53,378 nt of DNA from Octopus bimaculoides. Taxonomy: Eukaryota. This document shows positions 23,431 to 36,095 of the stretch, piece by piece. The notes under the pieces were generated by a model that was given only the letters and a program-made list of their open reading frames with translations, did not search any database and had not been told where the DNA came from. How positions within the stretch are numbered: position 1 is the stretch's first letter; each line of letters starts with the position of its first letter. A program made the position numbers and the translations under genes. The stretch is taken from contig NC_068993.1 in assembly GCF_001194135.2 (NCBI RefSeq), positions 2,893,092 to 2,946,469 on the forward strand, given 5' to 3'.

Positions 23431-23641
23431 GAGCTGGCAGAATAATTAACGTGCCAGGCTAATGATTCGTGAGGGGAATTTAACCCCTCCTTACGTTCTG
23501 AGTTCAAATTTCATTGAGGGTGACTATGACAGTCATCCTTTCAGGGTTCATAAGGTAAATACCAGTTTATCCCTGGGGTCAATGTAATCAACTTACCCCC
23601 TCCTTTTACAAATTACTGGCCTTGTGCCAAAATTTGAAACC
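23431..23641 (+). mobile_element. SINE family B, near full length
   Basis: GAGCTGGCAGAAT...GTTCTGAGTTCAAATT...CTGGGGTCAATGTAATCAACTT...GGCCTTGTGCCAAAATTTGAAACC, directly followed by an (ATT)n array. Confidence 0.8.
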
Positions 23642-23644
23642 ATT

Positions 23645-23756
23645 TTTATCATTATTATTATCATTATTATTATTATTATTATTATCATTATTATCATTAT
23701 TATTATCATTATTATTATTATTATTATTATCATTATTATTATTATCATTATTATTA

Positions 23757-23793
<37 letters not shown>

Positions 23794-23819
23794 CATTATT
23801 ATTATTATTATCATTATTA

Positions 23820-23872
<53 letters not shown>
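23645..23872. repeat. (ATT/ATC)n array
   Basis: Direct reading. Confidence 0.95.
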
Positions 23873-23875
<3 letters not shown>

Positions 23876-24130
23876 TCTGCCTTAGCGAAGGCAGAGGTAT
23901 TATTTTCAGTCATGTTTGTTTGTTTGTCCGTGGACAAGATATCTCAAGAACCACTCGATGGATTTGAATGAAACTTTCAGGGATGTTTGGCCTGGTAATT
24001 GGCACGAACTGGTTATATTTTGGGAATCTGGATTATTTTTCCTGTATTTTACTTAATTTTTGAGAACAGTCAGGTTCAATTTTGATATTCTCGTTTGTGA
24101 GAGCAATCGAGTTTATTCTAGATATTCTCA
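23871..24130 (+). mobile_element. DINE-1/HINE-like (Helentron-associated) non-autonomous element, 3'-truncated
   Basis: 5' TT, then a perfect 12-bp hairpin TACCTCTGCCTT-AGCG-AAGGCAGAGGTA (23872-23899), a (GTTT)n/GTCC microsatellite, then GATATCTC...GATGGATTTGAATGAAACTTT. This order matches DINE-1 architecture. No 3' stem-loop was found. Confidence 0.6.
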
Positions 24131-24229
24131 TAAAAGAAAAAATTGATCTCTTCTGTGCATCATTGCAGCTTGGTCAGATTGATGTGGTGCATGTCAAGCT
24201 GGGACATTTTCTGGTCAAAGTTAGAATTG

Positions 24230-24360
24230 ACAATTTTGATACCAACCAACCTGAGACAGTTGATTGCTCTTTGATACGAACCTCCTGATTTAAAGTGGTC
24301 TAAAGCAAAACCTTCCATCAAAATTTCATGTTGGTTTATCTTCCTAGAACCAACTTAATA
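24230..24360. mobile_element. piggyBac-like MITE remnant (same family as 37501)
   Basis: TTTTGATACCAA...AAAACCTTCCATCAAAATTTCATGTT...CTTAATA resembles the 37501-37730 copy. Confidence 0.45.
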
Positions 24361-24693
24361 ACCACCACCACTGCCACCACCACTGTAATGAGGTGAGTGG
24401 AAGTGAATGAGAGCAGAAGGACCAGAAATGTGGGTGGGTAGAAGATGTATGAGTGTGAGGGACAGTAAAAGATGAGGAGTGGGTGAGAAGATGAATATAA
24501 GGAATGAATATATGTGTTGAGTGAATGATAAGTAGGAGAGACGGGGAAGAGTAGGTGACAACTGTAAAGACTGGATAGGGATGAAGGACAGATGTAGTGA
24601 ATAGTGGATAAAGGGAGAGGTGAGTAACCAATGATTATGGTGGGGGAAACAAAGATTAGCAGAATAGTAATGATGATACAGAAAGGGAAAGAT

Positions 24694-24697
<4 letters not shown>

Positions 24698-24783
<86 letters not shown>
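24698..24783. repeat. (GA)n microsatellite
   Basis: Direct reading. Confidence 0.95.
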
Positions 24784-24786
<3 letters not shown>

Positions 24787-25445
24787 AGATGATGAGTGGA
24801 AGGAGGAAGAGCTATTACAGCAGTTTTATTAAATTTATTATTTAAAGAATATATTGAAGCTGAATGAATGTATTTGAATAGAAATAGGTTAACAAAAGGA
24901 TGAAAATTGACGAGTGGGGAGGAAATGGAGTAATTAGTTCAAAAATTAGCAAAACGATTAACTCTTTCAAATGTACCCAAGTACCCGGGTGCAGTGTTCA
25001 GTTTAGCAACATTATGCCTGAGTTGCGACATGCTTGTGTGAATTTTGTCTTTGAACACAAGAATTAAGCTAAATTTGAAACCATTTTTGCATAATGTATC
25101 ATTACACACTTTCACAGAACTAAAGCTATGAAATGTATTTTTCTAAGCACTTTCGTTACTGACATAAAACAAAATGACTTCTGTTGAACTTTACTCTGAA
25201 TGAAGAATCTAACAAGCTTGGTGCTGTGGAAGTAGGTGATCTGTATTCTTCACTACTTGAAATGTGTAGAATAAGAATACTTAGTAAAGCTGTGAGCTGA
25301 AAAGGGATTGCCCCTGGTGATATTCTGTAGAACTTCTACTAAAGGACAGATAACCAATGTGAAATGAATTAGAAAATATGAAATAGATTTCAAGAAATTG
25401 TTAATACATCATTACACATGGTAGAAATGGCTATAAATATGTATG

Positions 25446-25501
<56 letters not shown>

Positions 25502-26889
25502 NNNNNNNNNNNNNNNNNNNNNNNNNNNNNNNNNNNNNNNNNNNNNNNNNNNNNNNNNNNNNNNNNNNNNNNNNNNNNNNNNNNNNNNNNNNNNNNNNNN
25601 NNNNNNNNNNNNNNNNNNNNNNNNNNNNNNNNNNNNNNNNNNNNNNNNNNNNNNNNNNNNNNNNNNNNNNNNNNNNNNNNNNNNNNNNNNNNNNNNNNNN
25701 NNNNNNNNNNNNNNNNNNNNNNNNNNNNNNNNNNNNNNNNNNNNNNNNNNNNNNNNNNNNNNNNNNNNNNNNNNNNNNNNNNNNNNNNNNNNNNNNNNNN
25801 NNNNNNNNNNNNNNNNNNNNNNNNNNNNNNNNNNNNNNNNNNNNNNNNNNNNNNNNNNNNNNNNNNNNNNNNNNNNNNNNNNNNNNNNNNNNNNNNNNNN
25901 NNNNNNNNNNNNNNNNNNNNNNNNNNNNNNNNNNNNNNNNNNNNNNNNNNNNNNNNNNNNNNNNNNNNNNNNNNNNNNNNNNNNNNNNNNNNNNNNNNNN
26001 NNNNNNNNNNNNNNNNNNNNNNNNNNNNNNNNNNNNNNNNNNNNNNNNNNNNNNNNNNNNNNNNNNNNNNNNNNNNNNNNNNNNNNNNNNNNNNNNNNNN
26101 NNNNNNNNNNNNNNNNNNNNNNNNNNNNNNNNNNNNNNNNNNNNNNNNNNNNNNNNNNNNNNNNNNNNNNNNNNNNTATATATATATATTTACATATACA
26201 TACATACAAATGTTTATGTGCATGCATGTATGCATGTGTGTGTGTGCCTCTGTATGTGTGTGTGTGTATGTGTGCATAAGTACTGCATGTATTGTAGAAA
26301 ATTGACAGCTTGCAGCAATGATATAAGGATTAAATAACCATATTCGAAGAAGAGATAATAATGTTACCATAATATTGAGAATAATGACTTAGAATTCCTG
26401 CTATTACTTCTACATCTTATAATGATGCCTACTTCTTGTTAGCGCTGACATCATTTCAAGTTATCTAGTTTATTTTATTCATATTTTTTTCCTCGCTCTT
26501 TCTATTTCTTATTTGATAATCCACTTCTCAAAGCCAGAGCAGATTAACTGATCAGTTACATTTTTTATGCTTAGTTTTTTATTCTATGTTTTTCAAGTTT
26601 GTTGTAGAATTCCTCATAATCGAACTGCTTCTAGTGGAAGTTATTGTGAAGAATTGGAGTTTATTATCTCAATATTGAGAATGTCCATGTCTTGAAAGGT
26701 GCCATCTATTTCTTGATGGAATGACAGGCTATGCGGAAGGGTTATCAGTGGTTAGTCTGGACCCTTCTACATAACCCTTCCCTTGCTCTGCATCAAAGTG
26801 AAACACTTATTCATCTACAGCTGCATATAAATTACTTCTGCAAATTAGACTCATTAAGGCATATCAATAATTATCAATGACAAAGTGTC

Positions 26890-26974
26890 AAGCTGGCAGA
26901 ATCGTTAGCATGCCAGACAAAATGTTTAGCGGTATTTTGTCTGTCTTCTGAGTTCAAATTCTGCTGACGTCAAC
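26890..26974 (+). mobile_element. SINE family B, 5' part
   Basis: AAGCTGGCAGAATCGTTAGCATGCCAGACAAAATGTTTAGCGGTATTT...TTCTGAGTTCAAATTCTGC. Confidence 0.8.
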
Positions 26975-27737
26975 TCACAAGAAAAGAACCTTCATCTGAG
27001 GGTGGGGAGTAGCATGGAGGGACAGAAATTGCCGTTTTGTGGTAGAGGAAATATGTGGCTACTCCACTTGGAAAAGAAGTAAAAATGGTAAAGGAGTGCC
27101 AGGGAGTGAGATGAGCTATATGGAGGTGGTCCAGGGGACAGGCAAGGAGAATGGGGAGGTATGTTCACAAGAGTGCAAGAGGAAAGTGACAGATGGATAG
27201 TTGGATGTGTGAGTGTATGTGTGTATATATTTATATACGTGTGTGTGTGTTTGTGAGTATGTACGTATGTATGTATGTATGTATGTATGTATCAAAGGCA
27301 CTCCAAATTGAATACAGATGTTAAAAATAGCAGAATAATAATGTGATGGTTAATTTTCTTATGACTTTTTAATTACATATATCAGAATGTTAATTCATGC
27401 TAGTAATAATTAGGTTTTAAGAACACATTGAATTCTACCCCATTTAATGTATTTAAATAATTAATTCTTAATATAACTTGATGTGTGTTACTTTTGAGAT
27501 TTATATCAAAGTAATATTTTAAACATTTTAACAATTATGTAAATACAAAAACTATTAAATATATTTTAAATTAGCATCAATTATCATACTGTATTGCACA
27601 CTTAACACTCAACAGCCAGCTTAAATTTCAATTATCCAACTGAATAATGGTTCCAAGGTAATTCATAGTAACTCCAGTTTTAAAATATAATGATTTCAAG
27701 CCATAAAAATGGGAGGAAAAAATCATTTCAACAAAGA

Positions 27738-27895
27738 GCAGGCATGGCTGTATTTTTATGAAGTTTGCTTTGTAACTGAGTCTTACCTGGTTCAATCTTA
27801 TTGTGATGTAGTTTCTTTTGAAGCAAGTATTTTCCATTGTAACCTGAAGCTTACCAATGTTTTGTGAGCAGATTTGAAATTGTAGAGCAACCTGA
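27738..27895 (+). mobile_element. highly diverged SINE module A
   Basis: GCAGGCATGGCTGT...GAAGTTTGCTT...GGTTCAATC...GCAAGTATTTTCCATTGTAACC...CCAATGTTTTGTGAGCAGATTTG aligns with the 8965 head. Confidence 0.55.
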
Positions 27896-28239
27896 ACACT
27901 GTCATACAAGGAGGGTCAGTTATTTCCAATATTCTGCAAAAAGAAAATATTGCCTTTTATGGAAACTGGTAAAAATCAGTTTTAGAAAGGACATCCATCC
28001 ATAGAAAATCTGTTCCAATAAACTTTTCTCAACTGATATAAGCTTCAAAAACACTGGAAATGAATAACATACTTCTTGTATGACAGTGACACTCATTTAT
28101 GACTACATAGTGATGTCTAGATATGGAGGCACAAACGCATGCTGCCACTCTCACCCACATATGTGCATACACACACATACACATACACACACATACACAT
28201 ACACACACATACACATACACACAAATATCTATAAATCAT

Positions 28240-28319
28240 GGACTTATTTCAGTTTCCATCCACTGAATTCACTTGCAAGTCTTTGGTCTGCCTGGGGCTA
28301 AAGTAGAAGGCACTTTCCC

Positions 28320-28320
<1 letters not shown>
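28240..28320 (-). mobile_element. SINE module A fragment, cut by (AGT)19 at 28321-28377
   Basis: TTTCAGTTTCC...CAAGTCTTTGGTCTGCCTGGGGCTAAAGTAGAAGGCACTT. Confidence 0.6.
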
Positions 28321-28377
<57 letters not shown>

Positions 28378-28541
28378 CACACAGCAATGAATTACATACC
28401 ACTTAATGCCGCATTCCAATTTCTGTATTATTCCACAGAATATTTCTCGACCATTATAGCATCCTTGTATTCTGTCTTGCTGAAATAGATTCCCTTTCTA
28501 ACATGGCTTTGCCAACATCAACAATGATTAGTTATTACCAA

Positions 28542-28576
<35 letters not shown>

Positions 28577-29627
28577 CATTATTATTACTATATTTATTAA
28601 TTTCATTAATATTATTATTATTGTTGTTCCTTTATTTGACCTTTATGTGCTCAAAGCAAAAAAGGTTAAAGCGACAAGGACCTTTCCTTGATGTTATTAT
28701 CACAGAAAACAATCTACTGATGCTTTCTGTTTTGCCATTAAAAATTTATCTGGAACCATCTTTACCATGATATCATCTGAGGTTGAACCATATTTCGCAT
28801 CCCTCTGAACATGTATCTCATTTACAGCTCAACAACAAATACAACAATAACAACAACATTAACAACCACAATGATAATAAAAATAATAGCAATAATAATA
28901 ATAGAAAAAAAATCCTCCTTGAAATACTGCCTATTTCACTTACCGTTTTCTTCATGCTAAGGTTAATGGAATGCAACACCAAATAGCAGTATGAAAATTG
29001 AAAAAAAAAAAAAATCCAAAAGACACAAATAGAAATAAAAATTGCTATATTGGAAATAAAAAAAAGAGGTGTTTTGAAACGATGTGTTCAATACATTGAT
29101 ATTGATAAGAAAATTTAAAAGATCCATTGAAGCAACTTTGACCATTATTTTCCGTATTAAATATGTGTTAGGGCATAACATGAAGCCAAGGAGACATATT
29201 CCTTCGATGATAATATCAGTCACATGTACTGTCACTAATGTTTCCTATTAGTACAACACAATAAGATCTTGTGAGTCGATCTTTATGGGATTAAATCCAT
29301 CATCATGCAAAGAATAGAGGGGCAAAGGGGTCTATGCTAATTGGATAGGTATAGAACACACTTAAAAAAAAGGGGCAACAGGTGTTTTAATCAATGAGTT
29401 ATATTTATAGACTAACTGTTGCTAAAATAATGTGTGGGATTAATTATTTTGGACTCTAAGAGCTGGCAGCACTTAGTGCCATGTCTTTTAATAATTGGTT
29501 TCTTTAGCACTGGTGTGAGATTAAAGGGAAATTTAGTTGCTATTTCTAGAAGGGCCATTAACCAAACAACCTCTCCACACTTCTTTGTTGGCTATGTAAA
29601 TTGATTTAACAATGTATATCAACGTCC

Positions 29628-29960
29628 CCATCATCATCATCATCATCACCATCATCATCCTCATCATGATCATTGTTGCCATCACCACCACCACCACCAC
29701 CACCACCATTGTTTTAATGTCCACTTTTGCAAACTTGCATGGGTCAGATGGGTTTTACTGATGCAGATGTTTTACAGTTGGATGCCCTTCCTGTTGTCAA
29801 TCCTTGCCTGTTTCTAAGCCAAAGTAATGCTTCCCCATGGCCAGACATATTTTTACAAAGTATTGGAAATGAGTGACACTGCTTGTATGACAGTGACACT
29901 CGTTTACAACTGCCATTCTATGTCGAGGCAATGAAACACAAGCATACACATGCTCACACA
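29628..29960 (-). mobile_element. RTE-tailed repeat with (CAT/CAC)n tail
   Basis: TTTTACAGTTGGATGCCCTTCCTGTTG (RTE UTR motif). The 29860-29950 part is also repeated at 28040-28140 (CTTGTATGACAGTGACACTC.TTTA). Confidence 0.6.
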
Positions 29961-30740
29961 CATCTATTCTGATACACACTCACACACACAAACACACATG
30001 ATGAAGTTCTTTGAATTTCCTACCAAATCTGTTCAGATGTCTTTGATAGTCTGGAGCAATAGTAAAAGACACTTGCCAAAGGTACCATACACCCACACCT
30101 GTACCTGTCATGGAATATATTATGCATGAAATTAAATTGATTGGTTACAAAATATTCATGAGTTTGCTCCAGGCTACAATCTAATGTGTTGTGCTAAAGA
30201 TTAAGACGATGTAATTCTAGTTTGTCAACTGTGGTCAAGGGGACATAATCCATGCCTGGACCTGAAATGCATAACCAATATTCTTTAGAACAAACATTCT
30301 AAAACCAGAAACAGACATATTGAAAACAATTTGGCAAAAACACATAAACTTGGCTGAGTGTTAAATCATCTGAAATTGTTAGTATAAGCCTAGAATATGG
30401 GCAAATCAAGAAATCAAAGGAACTGATGACAATTCACATCAGCTGAAATCAGTCCTTAAAAGATTTTGATCAGCTGTTTTTTTTTTTTTTTTGTTGGCAT
30501 AATCTCAAAATTCCTCAACTTACAACCAAAGCAATAACATTTCTCAGTTTTTCCAATTCACAGATGAAGAACAGAGGTTTGAAACGTTGAATTCTTGCAA
30601 TCCTCATTGCAAAACAAATTTACCACACTCTGCAACACAGATATACTCCTTCCTTTGCTTGATTTAATCTCTTTGACAACTCATTCCACTTGTGTAGGAA
30701 AGCTGAGTGCTTCACAATGGGAATGGCATTTACAAAATAT

Positions 30741-30780
<40 letters not shown>

Positions 30781-31099
30781 AGTAGAAAACACAGAAAAAG
30801 AAAGAAAACTCAATCCTTTCACTTTTGATATATTGAACCAAAATGATGAAAGAATGTTCATCTTGTTTATGTTGTTGTCCTTGTTGACTGGTTGAATTAC
30901 AATTGTTTCTGATATTTACTTTATTGTAGTTTGGATTTATTTATTTCATGAAAGTATTTCAGCAAAACTTAACAACTATGATAACGGCATCACCATCATC
31001 ATCACCATCATCATCATCATCATCGTCGTCGTCCTCGTCGTCGTCCTCGTCATCATCATCATCATCATCATCATGATCACCACGACCACAACCACCATC

Positions 31100-31130
<31 letters not shown>

Positions 31131-32046
31131 CCATTATCATCATCGTCTTCTTCGTCGTCATCATCGTAGTCATCATCAACATCATTGTCATCGTCATTAT
31201 CAATAAACAAGAATCAATACGATACGGTGATGCTGAGTTCAGCCAAACTGACTTCATTTATTCCTAAATTTCCAGTCACATGGATTAATAATGTTAAATG
31301 ATATTTTAATGTAATCGAATGTTTGCAAGATTTGTTTGCCTTTAAATACATAACATCAATACACACTTGTATNNNNNNNNNNNNNNNNNNNNNNNNNNNN
31401 NNNNNNNNNNNNNNNNNNNNNNNNNNNNNNNNNNNNNNNNNNNNNNNNNNNNNNNNNNNNNNNNNNNNNNNNNNNNNNNNNNNNNNNNNNNNNNNNNNNN
31501 NNNNNNNNNNNNNNNNNNNNNNNNNNNNNNNNNNNNNNNNNNNNNNNNNNNNNNNNNNNNNNNNNNNNNNNNNNNNNNNNNNNNNNNNNNNNNNNNNNNN
31601 NNNNNNNNNNNNNNNNNNNNNNNNNNNNNNNNNNNNNNNNNNNNNNNNNNNNNNNNNNNNNNNNNNNNNNNNNNNNNNNNNNNNNNNNNNNNNNNNNNNN
31701 NNNNNNNNNNNNNNNNNNNNNNNNNNNNNNNNNNNNNNNNNNNNNNNNNNNNNNNNNNNNNNNNNNNNNNNNNNNNNNNNNNNNNNNNNNNNNNNNNNNN
31801 NNNNNNNNNNNNNNNNNNNNNNNNNNNNNNNNNNNNNNNNNNNNNNNNNNNNNNNNNNNNNNNTGCGTGTGTGTGTGTGTTTGCGTGTGTGTGTGTGTTT
31901 GCGTGTGTGTGTGTGTGTGTGTGTGTGTGATTAATGTGATGAACTGGAAATATCAATGTTAATGTCAAAGACAATAATAGTATCTCTTGATGCCACTCTA
32001 TGAATGAAAGGATAAATAATCCAATACAAACAACAACAACAGCAAT

Positions 32047-32080
<34 letters not shown>

Positions 32081-32761
32081 GCAAGAAAAATAACAATGGC
32101 ATTGGGGCTATGTTAATCAAGCTGAAATTTAAAGCTAGAAATGCTTTTGGAATAAGTAAAGTAGATTTCCAACAACAATGGAAGTAAGAAATTTACAATA
32201 AAATCTATTTCTATGGATATCATATCAAATGCCAATTGATACACAGCACATTTCCTTTGAAAAACTCCTAATGTTCATGTCTTTACATTCACTNNNNNNN
32301 NNNNNNNNNNNNNNNNNNNNNNNNNNNNNNNNNNNNNNNNNNNNNNNNNNNNNNNNNNNNNNNNNNNNNNNNNNNNNNNNNNNNNNNNNNNNNNNNNNNN
32401 NNNNNNNNNNNNNNNNNNNNNNNNNNNNNNNNNNNNNNNNNNNNNNNNNNNNNNNNNNNNNNNNNNNNNNNNNNNNNNNNNNNNNNNNNNNNNNNNNNNN
32501 NNNNNNNNACACAGCACATTTCCTTTGAAAAACTCCTAATGTTCATGTCTTTACATTCACTGGTAAAATATCATATACAGTTAAATACACACAAAGCTAT
32601 TGCTAAACACTGGCTGTGTCTGTAAGAACAAATATTTGGGAATAAAAGACGGAAATTATTAGAGGGAAGTATCTGGATTGCAAAAAACATGTAGATTTAA
32701 TAATTAATTATGATATCTACATTTATATTTATTTCATCATCATCATCGTCATCATCATCAA

Positions 32762-32813
<52 letters not shown>

Positions 32814-33448
32814 GTTGTTATTGTTATTATTATTATCATAATAATTTTGTCTATCTTCATGTAATACATGACAAATATTTTGTCAGTGACTGAATCATTC
32901 CAAAAACTTTGTTGATATTTGTTTTATTAGCTCAGGAGATATGAAATGGAGAAAGGAATTTTACAAGATTTAAAACATAGGAAGTCAAAAAGATGAAACT
33001 AAACATTGTAAATAATTCTCTGGTTTCTACAGAATCCCCTGCTGATATTTATGAATCAACATTCCATTCTTGCATTACACAATGACATGAATTAATGAAC
33101 TTGTACATCCAGATCTCCTTTATGCATGTTCGTTATTTATTTGACCAGTTTTAGAGGAATGGTTAAAAAATAAGGTCTAAAATTGTAAGCAAACAAATTC
33201 TGAATGAATGGTATTTAGTCCAAAACTTTATTCTTTCTCATTACTTTGCTCTTAGTTTTCTAATTTCAATTATTTTAAACGACAGCTGGTCAGGTCAATA
33301 AGAGGCTTTTCTCATTTTCTGTAAATCACCGAGTCCTTGACAAGCATCACATTTTCAAAACCGAAAAACAATAAAGATTTCTGGCTTAATTAATAAATAA
33401 TTATCAAATGACTCTGGAAAATTACAGGAAACACGGATATTCCATTTA

Positions 33449-33597
33449 CTTATCTTTTATTTGTTTTAGTCATTAGACTGCGGCCATGCTGGGGCACCAC
33501 CTTGAAGGATTTTAGTCAAATGAATTGACCTCACTACTTATTTTTATCGGTCTCTTTTGCAAAGCTGCTAAGTTACTGGGTCATCAATGCACCAACG
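33449..33597 (-). mobile_element. SINE 3' tail module C
   Basis: TTTTAGTCATTAGACTGCGGCCATGCTGGGGCACCACCTTGAAGG...TTTATCGGTCTCTTTTGC. Confidence 0.75.
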
Positions 33598-33675
33598 CAG
33601 ACATGAAGATGCATAAACACATAGCTCTCGCTCTCGCTCTCTCTCTCTCTCTATATATATATATCTACAAAACAG

Positions 33676-33960
33676 TTGGGCATAAGAGGCATCAGATGTG
33701 GTGTGCAAGGGAGATGACTGTGCTGGTATGGTCATATGATGTGTATGGATGAGGACAGCTGTGTGAAGTACTGAACTCTGATGGTGGAGGGAACCTGTGG
33801 AAGAGGTAGTTGCAGGAAGACATGGGATGAGGTGGTGAAGCATGATCTTTGAAAGTTGGGCCTCATGAAGGCTGTGACAAATCAGATTGGAACCTGCTGC
33901 AGCCCCGCCAGCTGACCAGATTTCAATCAACCTGTCCAACCCATGCCAGCATGGAAAAGG
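33676..33960 (+). pseudogene. RTE-clade LINE ORF2 C-terminus plus 3' UTR, 5'-truncated
   Basis: Translates LGIRGIRCGVQGR*LCWYGHMMCMDEDSCVKY*TLMVEGTCGRGSCRKTWDEVVKHDL*KLGL. This matches the RTE C-terminal 'RRLRWYGHVxRM...GxRxRGRPRKTW' pattern. Stops at 33715, 33772 and 33850. Confidence 0.85.
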
Positions 33961-34066
33961 CTTTTGTCAGTCTGAGGCTATAGTAAAATGCACTTGCCCA
34001 AGTTATTACTCAGTGGGATCAAACCTGGAACCATGTGGTTGGGAAGCAAGTTTCCTTACCACACAG
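33961..34066 (-). mobile_element. SINE module A, 5' part
   Basis: GAGGCTATAGTAAAATGCACTTGCCCAAG...GGAACCATGTGGTTGGGAAGCAAGTTTCCTTACCACACAG. Confidence 0.75.
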
Positions 34067-34755
34067 AAAAATCATTGAAAAATGAGACACAGAAGCTTCA
34101 TCACCTCGTTTTATTTCAAAAATATTTGTTCTAGAATCTAAAGCTTCTACATCTAAGTTTGTCAGAGAAACTCATTCACTTTTCTTACTTAGCACTCCAT
34201 CGTCACTCTTTTGAAAAGAGGTAAAATTTGTACAAGTCGCAAAAATGATAAACAAAAGTTTTTGAGAAAGAACACAGCTTCACCACCCACCCCATAAAAC
34301 CCAGAAAACATTACGATAAGAATATTTTTCATGTTAATTCGAATAAAATCGAGACGGATGAAAAATATTAGAAAACAAATGAATTGAACTGACAACGCAA
34401 TAATAACACAAAAAAAAAAAATCTTTTAATTTTAATAAGACCGTGAGTAATGACACAGCTTCAGAAATATAATTATTTTAAAATGTTTATTTGTTTGTCA
34501 AAGAAGTGTATTTGGGAAAAAATTACTTTCTCTTTTGCCTGACATATCTATTCCTGAATATATTCCTTCTCTCTTAAAATTGCCTGTCAATAGATTCACA
34601 ATGTACGGCTTACTTCCTTTGTCTTCATACCATTCTGCAGATGACCTATGAATGGCTGTTTAAGATTTTTCTGTCATTGTGTAATTTTAGTCAGCTATAC
34701 GTACATACTTAGACAGATAGATAAATGTATATGTATATATATATATATATATGCA

Positions 34756-34788
<33 letters not shown>

Positions 34789-34829
34789 GTATGTATAAAT
34801 ATATATGCATATATATATACATATATATG

Positions 34830-34861
<32 letters not shown>

Positions 34862-35426
34862 NNNNNNNNNNNNNNNNNNNNNNNNNNNNNNNNNNNNNNN
34901 NNNNNNNNNNNNNNNNNNNNNNNNNNNNNNNNNNNNNNNNNNNNNNNNNNNNNNNNNNNNNNNNNNNNNNNNNNNNNNNNNNNNNNNNNNNNNNNNNNNN
35001 NNNNNNNNNNNNNNNNNNNNNNNNNNNNNNNNNNNNNNNNNNNNNNNNNNNNNNNNNNNNNNNNNNNNNNNNNNNNNNNNNNNNNNNNNNNNNNNNNNNN
35101 NNNNNNNNNNNNNNNNNNNNNNNNNNNNNNNNNNNNNNNNNNNNNNNNNNNNNNNNNNNNNNNNNNNNNNNNNNNNNNNNNNNNNNNNNNNNNNNNNNNN
35201 NNNNNNNNNNNNNNNNNNNNNNNNNNNNNNNNNNNNNNNNNNNNNNNNNNNNNNNNNNNNNNNNNNNNNNNNNNNNNNNNNNNNNNNNNNNNNNNNNNNN
35301 NNNNNNNNNNNNNNNNNNNNNNNNNNNNNNNNNNNNNNNNNNNNNGAAAATAAAATATTTCATCAGAAGCACCAATAATACAAAAACACTTACAGAGAAA
35401 CATAGTTTAGCTTAATGTTATTACAG

Positions 35427-35458
<32 letters not shown>

Positions 35459-35573
35459 ATATATCTTCCCCCCTCTCTCTCTCTCTATATATATATATAC
35501 ACACACACACACACGCACACACACACACACACATACATACATGCATATACATATATATGTGTGTATGTGTGCC

Positions 35574-35614
<41 letters not shown>

Positions 35615-35909
35615 AGGGTGACACAGAGAAGCAAAAACCCTTGAAAACCCCCAATAAAAATAGGGAAAATCCAAATCCAACAAAATATTTACTGAGAAAA
35701 ATGAAACAATTTGCCTTTTAAGAATCAGAAATCCAAATTATTTTCTGTAGATGGTGTTAGCCTTGTGTTAATGGAATGTAATTTGAAGTGGTTTTTAGAG
35801 TATTTTCATGTCTATTTCTAGCATCTAGGTGCTCTTCCTCAGTACCCTTGATTATAATTATATCTATACCATTATATATCTATATACCTAAACACACACA
35901 CACACACAC

Positions 35910-36095
35910 ATAGATTGCTAGCCACTACACATTCTTTATTTTCTCTCCTTGTTTCTTTCTGTGTTCCTTTCTGTGGAAGAGCGTAGGCTTGAAATGTTAA
36001 AAACTTTTTCACTTCCCAAGCGTTAAACTAATACAACTGTTTGTTGTCTACACTGTCTGTCTTTGTCTTTTGTTTTTTCTTGTGAATTCTCTCAT
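35910..36095 (+). mobile_element. dispersed repeat end with a degenerate hammerhead-like motif (possible Penelope-like 3' end)
   Basis: CTGTGGAA-GAGC-GTAG-GCTT-GAAA at 35971-35994 in a pyrimidine-rich repeat. The family is recognised from memory only. Confidence 0.35.

Noticed and set aside
27787-27891. Strong minus-strand donors (GTAAGA, GTAAGC) and a 93-aa ORF
   Set aside because: They lie inside a diverged SINE head in antisense.
30742-30778. A37 tract as a possible retrocopy tail
   Set aside because: No upstream polyadenylation signal, TSD or recognisable parent sequence was found.
32240-32562. Duplicated ACACAGCACATTTCCTTTG...ACATTCACT
   Set aside because: The identical copies flank an N gap, so this is likely an assembly artifact.
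16628-35415. Long ORFs containing X runs (at about 16.6, 21.7, 25.4, 31.3, 32.2 and 34.6 kb)
   Set aside because: They are open only because of N gaps and TA/CA repeats.
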